Source of the DNA: Deltaproteobacteria bacterium
Lineage (GTDB): Bacteria > Acidobacteriota > Thermoanaerobaculia > Multivoradales > JAHZIX01
DNA length: 64,000 bases
Direction: 5' to 3'
Assembly (NCBI GenBank): GCA_022601195.1
Contig: JAHZIX010000034.1
Coordinates: 18,504-82,503 of the forward strand
Below are positions 28,601 to 36,053 of the stretch, one piece after another; the first letter of the stretch is position 1; every line of letters starts with the position of its first letter. Both the position numbers and the translations under genes were made by a program. The notes under the pieces were generated by a model. The model was given only the letters and a program-made list of their open reading frames with translations, searched no databases and had not been told where the DNA came from.

Positions 28601-30515
28601 TCAGGAGAACACCCTGGGGCACCCCACTCCACCCCCGGTTCCCTCCGCCGAAGCAGAGTTAACTCCCAAAGCGAAGAGCGATTTACCACCCAAGGAAGAG
28701 CCTCGCGATAAGGCACCTACGGAAGAGCCCCCTGTCCAGGATGAGCCAAGTGCTGACCCAGACTCGGAATCTGAGGGAATCCGGGAGCTACAGCTCAGAC
28801 AACGTGCGGGCTGGAAAACCAGAGGCCAGTCGAAACGACCCAATACCGCTCGAATTGCTTTTCTCCAATGGTCTGTCGAGGAGAGCTATCACCATCCGAT
28901 CTTTGATACCTGCAACAACCTGGAAGCCTGGAACCAACTGACGGAAGCTCGCCAAGAGGAACCGAGGGAGCAGAAAGATGCCAAGTGCGAGATTAAGGGA
29001 CACTTGAAAAAAAACAGAGATCTCCGGAAGAACCTCCGAGGACCTAGGCTCGAGGCTGGAGATTCGCCCAGGAAGCTCCGCAGCTGCGCCGAGCACCGTC
29101 GGCGCAAGATCCTGGCTTCAGCCCTAGAGGCCTGTCACACCTTCGGTGTAGACCTGCTGTTACTTCCTGAGTACGGCATCCGACCGGACACCGTTGACTG
29201 GTTGAAAAGAAGGCTACAGGCCACCACTCAAACCTCTGTATGGGCCGGGACCTATCGGCTGCCCCCTCAGTCGTCTCAAGAAATCGGCCGTAATTCTTCT
29301 TTCTTGCAAGAGCGGAGAGATTGGGAGTCTTGCTTGAGCGCGGTGATTCCGGACCTAAGAACTGGGGGAGAACCGAGAATTCTGCGACGCTCCAAGAAGT
29401 ATCCCGCTCAAGCGGTGAACGAGATCTTCAATCCCCACTCCGACATCATCAAACCCCTCTTTGATCAGAACATTGGGCGGCCCGTCTTCGACCCGCGTCG
29501 ATTCGTTATGGAGCTCATTTGCTCCGAGATCTTCCTGATCACCAGTCCGGCGAATTGGAGATTCCTAGCGGAGGCACTGGGGACATTGATGAGAAAATTC
29601 CGTTGGGATTCCAAAAGCCTAAAGAAAGCATATGAAGATGACGTGATTCAAGACGCAAGCGGCCTTGGAGACTACCTCTCGTACTACTCAAAGACTCAGT
29701 TTCCCAGACGATCGATCCTGCTCGTTCCCGCCATGACCCGGAGGGCCGTTGACTTTGCCGCGCTCGGACAAGCGAGCTACTTATCTGCTGGCATCACGAC
29801 GGTTTTCTGCAATGCGATAGGGAAAGAAGGTATCGGAAACAGCTGTTTTATCGGGCATGGCTGCTGGGACATCGAGGCAAGCAAGGTCCCAAAGAGCGTC
29901 TCTTCGCAAAATCCCTACCATGGTCTGACTCCCGGCATCTTTCGGCAACACGAAGAGGGGCGAGGCTCGCTTGGCAGCAAAGAGCAAGCTCTGGTGATCG
30001 CCGATGTAGATCCGCTGCATTCCATCACCGGCCAGCCGCGCCCCCAATCTCAACCGCCAGCCCTGGAGCTGGTGGCACACTTGCCGATCATCGAGTCTTG
30101 GAAAAAGCGCTACCAGCCCTCTGCGGGAAATCGGGACCGTGCCTCATGCACCTGCGGACGAATGGAATCGGCTGAACTCGATAACAGCAAGGGCTTCAAG
30201 ATAAAAGATCTGGTCGAACGGCTGGAACAGCTCAAAGACATTTCTTCCATCAAAGACAACGACCCGGGGAAGCTCGCGGAAGTCCTGCGAAGCCTCGCTC
30301 ATCGAGCAGGTCACCAGAATGGAGGCTGGTTGCAGAAGCGGGCTGACGCCTATGAGAAGAATCACTTGCAGCATCCGGTACCCTGGCCGCCACCGGTTGC
30401 CATTGACTGGCTTTGGGTCGATCTGGGTCAACCCGGTAACGCGGTTACCTACCCCAAAATCGAGGTTCCTCCTTACTCGAACGCAGCAGGAGAGATTTCG
30501 GAGGAAGAGGAATAG
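22671..30515 (+). CDS. Giant multidomain protein (2,614 aa): DnaG-type primase (zf-CHC2 + core + TOPRIM), reverse transcriptase, long helical region, nitrilase/CN-hydrolase domain
   Basis: Zinc finger [21 protein letters not shown] (nt 22824-22907). DnaG core [45 protein letters not shown] (E307) and [11 protein letters not shown] (D359/D361). RT motifs [37 protein letters not shown] (nt 25341-25352). CN-hydrolase triad candidates LLLLPEYG (E2167), SKKYPA (K2242/3), ELICSEIF (C2284, nt 29520-29522). Confidence 0.9.
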   Translation: [2614 protein letters not shown]

Positions 30516-30555
30516 CTATCGAAACCCCTGGCCTAGCTTCAACAGCAATGAAAGC

Positions 30556-30588
30556 GACCTACCCGGAACTCTAGGTCACGGGTAGGTC
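30556..30588. terminator. 10-bp perfect-stem hairpin between the convergent RT gene and DUF4340-like gene (possible bidirectional terminator)
   Basis: gacctacccg (30556-30565) pairs with cgggtaggtc (30579-30588), with a 13-nt loop. There is only a weak T-tract (tgcttgt) on the + strand. Confidence 0.35.
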
Positions 30589-30630
30589 TGCTTGTAGCTA
30601 TCACCTTCTTCTGCGAAGGTTTCTAGGAAC

Positions 30631-30887
30631 CTAGGCCTCTTCCACCAGGTCCGCCTTGCGCAACCCCAGCTTCTCCACGAAGCGCTCCTCAATCTCGTAG
30701 ACCCAGGAGCCGTGAAACGCGTTGAAATTGCGAATCTCATCCGCTCGGGAGAGAGTGTCGGCCTTTTCCTTGAGCTCCTCTTCGGACTCATCCGGGGCAA
30801 TCTCCACGCGGTCGACGGTGGAAAATCCCTGGATGCTCAAGTAATGAGTGCCGTCTTTCTCGGCTGTGGCGACGAGGTAGCCGGAGG
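30631..30887. repeat. Right direct repeat of the RT island (functional 3' end of the DUF4340-like gene)
   Basis: See the pseudogene at 22310-22570. Roughly 95 percent identical by hand count, in the same orientation, 8.3 kb apart. Confidence 0.8.
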
Positions 30888-31782
30888 TGTCTTTGAGAGC
30901 CACCTCCAAGACCTGCTGAAAGTCGAGGCCCCGAACTTCCGGCGCATCCGCTGGGTACACCTGAGTGAACTCCAGACGACTCAAGGCGGATTTGAGATCC
31001 CCGATGGCAGTAGAGCTCTCCTTCTTTCCGGAGGGAACCTCGGCCAGTTTCAGGCCGAGAGAAATGCGTTCCGGCGCCGCTACCTCGGCCACCGCCGGTA
31101 GCTCTCCCTCCCCGGGAGCTGAAGGTACTGAGGGCTCAGCAGAGTCAGCTTCCCCCGCCGGTGCAGCAGGGATCTCCTCGAAGATCTCTTCCACCAGGAA
31201 GTCCGGCCCTTGGATTCGAGTGACCTCCGAGGCGGCGACGTCGACAATCTCTTTCTTCAAAAAGACATCCGCGCTGGTACTCAAACCGGGGCTGGACGAG
31301 GTGAGGTAGATCATCTCGTCATCCACATCGAGGCGCTGGGCGTAGACCCCACCTTCCTCGAAGCTCTTCCCCAGTCGCAAGCTCACCATCTGCTTGCCGC
31401 TGGTGTCGGTGAGGGTGACTGCAATGGTTTCCTCGCCCGCCGGCTCAATCTCCAGCTCCTCAGCGAGCTTTTCGCCCCGACCGACTTCTTTCTCCAAGCT
31501 AAGGTCGAGCAGCCCCTTGAGGAAACGGTTCACTTCCTCATTGCGAGCTCGGTAGCCGTCTTTCTCAGCAATGGTGAATGCCTCGCCGGACCGTTCCAGG
31601 GTCAGAGCCTCACCCCCCTTCTCGATGGCGATGGCAGCGACTTCCTCGGGATTGAGATTGGGCAAGAACTTTCTGCCTCGTTCGAAACGCTCGGCGCTTT
31701 GGGAAGCCCGGTAATAACTGAGCGCTGAGACCAGAATGAGCCCCAGGGCAACCAGGCCCAGGATCTGATTCACTTTTCTCAT
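30631..31782 (-). CDS. DUF4340-like protein, last gene of the GldA/F/G-like ABC operon
   Basis: N-terminal TM anchor (ILGLVALGLILVSALSYY), then the pattern V..I.IEKGGEALTLERSGEAFTIAEKDGYRA typical of DUF4340 proteins that follow gldG-like genes. The start is 5 nt from the stop of the upstream gene. Confidence 0.6.
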   Translation of the reverse strand: MRKVNQILGLVALGLILVSALSYYRASQSAERFERGRKFLPNLNPEEVAAIAIEKGGEALTLERSGEAFTIAEKDGYRARNEEVNRFLKGLLDLSLEKEVGRGEKLAEELEIEPAGEETIAVTLTDTSGKQMVSLRLGKSFEEGGVYAQRLDVDDEMIYLTSSSPGLSTSADVFLKKEIVDVAASEVTRIQGPDFLVEEIFEEIPAAPAGEADSAEPSVPSAPGEGELPAVAEVAAPERISLGLKLAEVPSGKKESSTAIGDLKSALSRLEFTQVYPADAPEVRGLDFQQVLEVALKDTSGYLVATAEKDGTHYLSIQGFSTVDRVEIAPDESEEELKEKADTLSRADEIRNFNAFHGSWVYEIEERFVEKLGLRKADLVEEA

Positions 31783-31786
31783 AGCC

Positions 31787-33820
31787 CTAACCCCTCCTCG
31801 ACCGATTTCGGCGCTCGCGCCGCTTAAAGGATTGAAACACTCCGAATCCCAGCACCAGAGCTGGCATCAACCAGAGCATGCTGAACCGAACCTTCGCCTC
31901 TTCGCTCTCCAGGGCTGCCCGTCGATCCTTGCGAATCTCCCGCAGCTCCCGGTTGGCCTCTTTCATCCGGTCGTTGAGGCGATCCACCTCATCCCCCAGA
32001 CGCTTTTCCAATAGGGCCGCATTGCGCTCGGTGCTCTCTCCCAGTTTGGCATTGAGCTCCTGCTGGAAGGTCTCGATCTCCGCCCGCAGCTGGCGCTCTC
32101 GCTCCAAGGTTTCCTTTTCAGCCGAGGCTTCAATGTCGTCAAAGCGAGTAAAGGGACGCTGGACAGGTCGCTTGGCCCGCACCTGCATGAGCTCCTCAGC
32201 GCCGAGTAGAAAATCGACACTGTTGAGAAAGAGCTTGTGGTTGTCGTTGGCAGCGGAGAGACCAAAGAGGGACTGCTGAAAAGCCACCTGGTCGGAGACG
32301 AAATCAACGTCCGCAAAGACCAGCACCGTAGCTTCCTGGCGCTGATCTTCCGGGACGGGATCCTTATGAATCCTCTCCCCACCTTCCGGTTCCGGTAGCT
32401 CCATGCCCGGCGGCAACCCCGGAGGAGGCGCGGGTGGTTCTTCCAGGAAATCTCCGCCGTTAGGAAAGGCAGAGGGTAACTTGCCCTGAATCATGGCGGC
32501 CAGCACCAGGGGTTCGCCACCCGGAGAGTAGCGATCCCGCAATTTGGCCGGCTCGTTGAGATCCATGAAATGAAGGCCGTCAGCGCCAAAACCCGGTTGA
32601 ATGGTCAAGGCGTTGCCGTCGGCGGTAGTGGTCACCAGGGGCGTCACGGTGACACCTTCTGGTGTCGTGCTGGTCTCCAGGATACCGCTCAGAAAGAAGC
32701 GCAGGCTTCCCAAGCCTTGTACCACTGGGTGACCCTCCGACAAGGTCCGAGGCAGATCCTTTTCATCGATGGCCAAGTCGACGATCACCGACTCCGAGCC
32801 CCCGAGGGCTGAAACCGGGCGCCGCACCGCCAGCTCGAAATCTGCCGCAAAGCGATCCTCCGGGCGACTCAAACCCCAAGCTTCGAGGAGCTTGTCCAGG
32901 TTGGAGGCCGGTTTGTACTGCATAGCAGCCCACGGCTGTTGAGGATTCTGCGGGGGCTGGTCGTCCAGGGAATAGGGGTCCAGTAGAACCAGAGCGTTGC
33001 CACCCTTGGTAATCCACTCATCCAAAGCCCATTGCGACTTGTCCGCCAAGTCCTTGGGGTGAAGAGCAATCACCAAATCGAAGTCGTCTTGGGAAATCTG
33101 ATCCGTTCCGGGCTCGATGGCGCTGAGCTTGTAGCCCTGCTCTTCCAGCAAGCTGAAAATCACCCACTTTTCCTTTGGAGTTTTGCCCTGGGCCGCTAGC
33201 ATTTGAGCTAGATAAGGATTGTCACCACTCCCCAGGACTTCCAGGGACGAAAGTACGCCGATTTTCTTGCCCCCAGGCCACAGCAGAGTGTAGATCTTCT
33301 TGGAGATCTCATATTCGACACTCTCCTGGTTATTGGGCCAGAGAAAAGGAATCACTTCTCGGCTACCAGTGTGAGTTTGAACCACTAGACCAAAGAAGAA
33401 TAGGTCACCCTGCTGATTGATGGGTTTGCCTTCCAAACCGAAGTCCTGAGCGTCCTCCGCATCGTCGGAATCCGGCAGAGGGTCGATGAAATGCAATCGA
33501 ATCCGCCCATCCGCTGCGCGCTCGTACTCCTTGAGTAGATTGCGCAGATATCGCTCATAAGTGATGAAGTCCTTGATGAACTTTGGCAGTGTTTTTCCCG
33601 TAGTCTGGGAAAAATAAAGAGAGACATCCAAAGGTTGAACACCCTCTTGCTGCATCTTGCCGAGGATCTGTTCGGTTCCAGGAGTCAACGAGTAGAGATT
33701 GTCAGCGGTGAGATCTCCGCGGATTCCAGAAAAGAAGGTGCCCAGGATGTGCACCGCCAGGGCTGCGATAAGAAGAATCAATAGAGCCGTCGTCATGCGG
33801 CTTTCGAAGATTTTTTTCAT
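31787..33820 (-). CDS. GldG-like ABC-transporter auxiliary protein (677 aa)
   Basis: N- and C-terminal TM anchors, a large periplasmic body and a C-terminal coiled-coil. Positioned after ABC ATPase and ABC-2 permease genes, as in gldA-gldF-gldG-type operons. Confidence 0.65.
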   Translation of the reverse strand: MKKIFESRMTTALLILLIAALAVHILGTFFSGIRGDLTADNLYSLTPGTEQILGKMQQEGVQPLDVSLYFSQTTGKTLPKFIKDFITYERYLRNLLKEYERAADGRIRLHFIDPLPDSDDAEDAQDFGLEGKPINQQGDLFFFGLVVQTHTGSREVIPFLWPNNQESVEYEISKKIYTLLWPGGKKIGVLSSLEVLGSGDNPYLAQMLAAQGKTPKEKWVIFSLLEEQGYKLSAIEPGTDQISQDDFDLVIALHPKDLADKSQWALDEWITKGGNALVLLDPYSLDDQPPQNPQQPWAAMQYKPASNLDKLLEAWGLSRPEDRFAADFELAVRRPVSALGGSESVIVDLAIDEKDLPRTLSEGHPVVQGLGSLRFFLSGILETSTTPEGVTVTPLVTTTADGNALTIQPGFGADGLHFMDLNEPAKLRDRYSPGGEPLVLAAMIQGKLPSAFPNGGDFLEEPPAPPPGLPPGMELPEPEGGERIHKDPVPEDQRQEATVLVFADVDFVSDQVAFQQSLFGLSAANDNHKLFLNSVDFLLGAEELMQVRAKRPVQRPFTRFDDIEASAEKETLERERQLRAEIETFQQELNAKLGESTERNAALLEKRLGDEVDRLNDRMKEANRELREIRKDRRAALESEEAKVRFSMLWLMPALVLGFGVFQSFKRRERRNRSRRG

Positions 33821-33835
33821 TTTCTGATCTCTCCC

Positions 33836-34636
33836 TCAATTGGCCTTGGTCTGACGCAGCACTAACATGCCGCCGACCAGCCAGGCGGCCGTGAACAACA
33901 GGAAAAAGAGCAGAGTCGGTAATTCCAACAGACCCCGAGTGAGACTTTCGAAGTGATCTACCAAGCTTACGGAGGAGGCCACTTCTTCGACCCAGCCACC
34001 GGCGAGATTGCCAATGGCTTCCAAAGATTGAGGCAGGCCCAAAAGCAAGAAGATAACGCAGGCCGTTACACCGAGAATAAAAGCGACCACTTGGTTCTTG
34101 GTCAGGGCGGAGAACAGCATCCCAATGGCCAAGAAGGCTGCTGAAGTCAACAAGCAAGCGAGGTATCCGGTGAAGATGACTCCCCAATCCGGGTCTCCTA
34201 GGCGCGCCACCTGGAACACCACGGGCCAGGTGAGGAGCAAGGAAAAACCCAGGAAACACCAGCCGGCCAGGAATTTGCCCACATAACTGCCTTCCAGGGT
34301 CACGGGAAGAGTGAGGAGCAATTCGACACTGCCGGTTTTTCGCTCCTCCGCCCACAACCGCATAGCCACCGCTGGAACAAGAACCACGAAGAGCCAGGGG
34401 ATATAAGTAAAGAAGGCATCCAAGTCTGCCTGGCGAAGTTCGAGGAAGCGGCCAAAATCCCGTGACAGGGTCAAATAGCCACTGGCCACCAAGAAGATGA
34501 CGATGAAGATGTAGCCCAAGGGAGAAGCAAAGTAGCTGCGGAACTCACGCCGAAAGACGGCCTTGGCTCCGGTGTATTTGCGCCCCTGGAACCAGCTGCC
34601 CAGGGAGCTGCCCGTGGCGGTATTCGCCGTACTCAT
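33836..34636 (-). CDS. ABC-2 type transporter permease (GldF-like)
   Basis: 266 aa with six hydrophobic helices. There is a 4-bp overlap with the upstream ATPase gene. Confidence 0.7.
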   Translation of the reverse strand: MSTANTATGSSLGSWFQGRKYTGAKAVFRREFRSYFASPLGYIFIVIFLVASGYLTLSRDFGRFLELRQADLDAFFTYIPWLFVVLVPAVAMRLWAEERKTGSVELLLTLPVTLEGSYVGKFLAGWCFLGFSLLLTWPVVFQVARLGDPDWGVIFTGYLACLLTSAAFLAIGMLFSALTKNQVVAFILGVTACVIFLLLGLPQSLEAIGNLAGGWVEEVASSVSLVDHFESLTRGLLELPTLLFFLLFTAAWLVGGMLVLRQTKAN

Positions 34637-35598
34637 GCTGCCACCCCCTTTGTCACCGAACGAAAGAGGTCGTCCAAACGACCTTCTAGCAGCTGGACCC
34701 CTTCAACCTGAGCATCCCCCAGCAATTCCAGAAGCTCCGAGAGATGATTGGCTCCATCCGCCGGCACCGCGTCGATCGCTCCCCTGGGGGAGGATTCGAC
34801 AGAGCCGCACCAGGGTTGCTCCCGCAGCCGCTGTATCCAGTTTGAACCCGCTTCGGAAGCGAGAAAATCTTCGTTGAGGTGAACCCGAATGACATTGTGG
34901 TGAGGCGCTCGGGCGATCAGTTGCCGCGGGGTCGAATCCTCGAGAACCCGTCCTCCGGAAATGATCAAAGCTCGATTGCACACCTGCTCCACTTCGTCGA
35001 GGATGTGAGTCGAAAGAATGATCGCCTTCTCCGCTGCCAGGCTCTCGATGAGTCCGTGAACGACCGCTTTCTGATTGGGATCCAGACCATCCGTGGGCTC
35101 GTCGAGAATGAGCACCTCCGGATCGTGGATCAATGCCTGAGCCAAGCCCACCCGACGCTTGAAACCTTTGGAAAGGGTTTCTACTGTCTGATGGAACACT
35201 TCGTTCAAGCCCGTCATCTCTACGACCCGACGTACCGCCCCGGAGCGATCCGGCAGAGACCGCGCCTCAGCGATGAAATCGAGAAAGCCCTCCACGGTCA
35301 TCTCGCCGTAGGCGGGAGCGTTCTCCGGTAAATAGCCGACGCGGCGGCGAGACTCCAGTCCCTCGGTGGCGACATCGAACCCGGCCACCTGGATCTGTCC
35401 GTTGTCCGGTTCGAGAAAGCCGGTGATCATTTTCATCGCTGTCGTCTTGCCAGCACCGTTGGGCCCCAAAAAGCCCAGCACATCCCCTCGGCGCACGGAA
35501 AAGCTGACGCCGTCCACGGCCTTGATGGAACCGTAATGTTTGGTTAGGTCTCGTACCTCTACTAAGAGGTCAGGAGCCTTACCTCCCTGCTCTTCCAT
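34633..35598 (-). CDS. ABC transporter ATP-binding protein (GldA-like); start reassigned to ATG 35598
   Basis: Walker A GPNGAGKTT, signature LSKGFKRRV, Walker B LILDEPTDGLD. A strong GAGGAGGA RBS lies 6 nt upstream of ATG 35598. Confidence 0.85.
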   Translation of the reverse strand: MEEQGGKAPDLLVEVRDLTKHYGSIKAVDGVSFSVRRGDVLGFLGPNGAGKTTAMKMITGFLEPDNGQIQVAGFDVATEGLESRRRVGYLPENAPAYGEMTVEGFLDFIAEARSLPDRSGAVRRVVEMTGLNEVFHQTVETLSKGFKRRVGLAQALIHDPEVLILDEPTDGLDPNQKAVVHGLIESLAAEKAIILSTHILDEVEQVCNRALIISGGRVLEDSTPRQLIARAPHHNVIRVHLNEDFLASEAGSNWIQRLREQPWCGSVESSPRGAIDAVPADGANHLSELLELLGDAQVEGVQLLEGRLDDLFRSVTKGVAA

Positions 35599-36053
35599 CC
35601 GAATCCTCCTCGTCAAGAGTTCCAATGATCGATGTTCATGGGGCAGTTTTGACCGGTGCCGCGCCAGTTTGGCGCCTTCAGCAGCGAAGACTGGGTGAGT
35701 TTGTTTCCCTGAAAAGAGTGCTCGAACTGCCTACGATACTCTACATCTCGCTTCTGCAGCGTCCCTGGTCCTGTCTGCGGTGAAGCAATCCCCATACCAA
35801 CATCTCCGAGATCTCTTCTCCTTTGACGGCCCCCTTGGCCATCCCTGGCCACCCGCCCAAGAGCACTCTTCGCCTAGGGAGTAAGGAACTTGCTTTTCGG
35901 AAACGTGAGCCTCCATGAGACAAACCGACGACCGATTCCGCCGATCGGTGTAGGAGACGGCTGAAGGACTCTCGGCACCGCCGAAGCTTCCGCCGATTTC
36001 TGGAAACCGGTCGCGTATAGGGCCCGACCGAAACATCGAAGGAGAACATCTTC

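Noticed and set aside
22571-30630. A classical integrative element, prophage or transposon carrying the RT gene. I looked for an integrase, recombinase, transposase, terminal inverted repeats and partner genes.
   Set aside because: I could recognise none. The giant ORF fills essentially the whole interval. I also found no Walker A, helicase or ATPase motif within it. The direct repeats are reported as a finding, but the mobilisation mechanism is left open.
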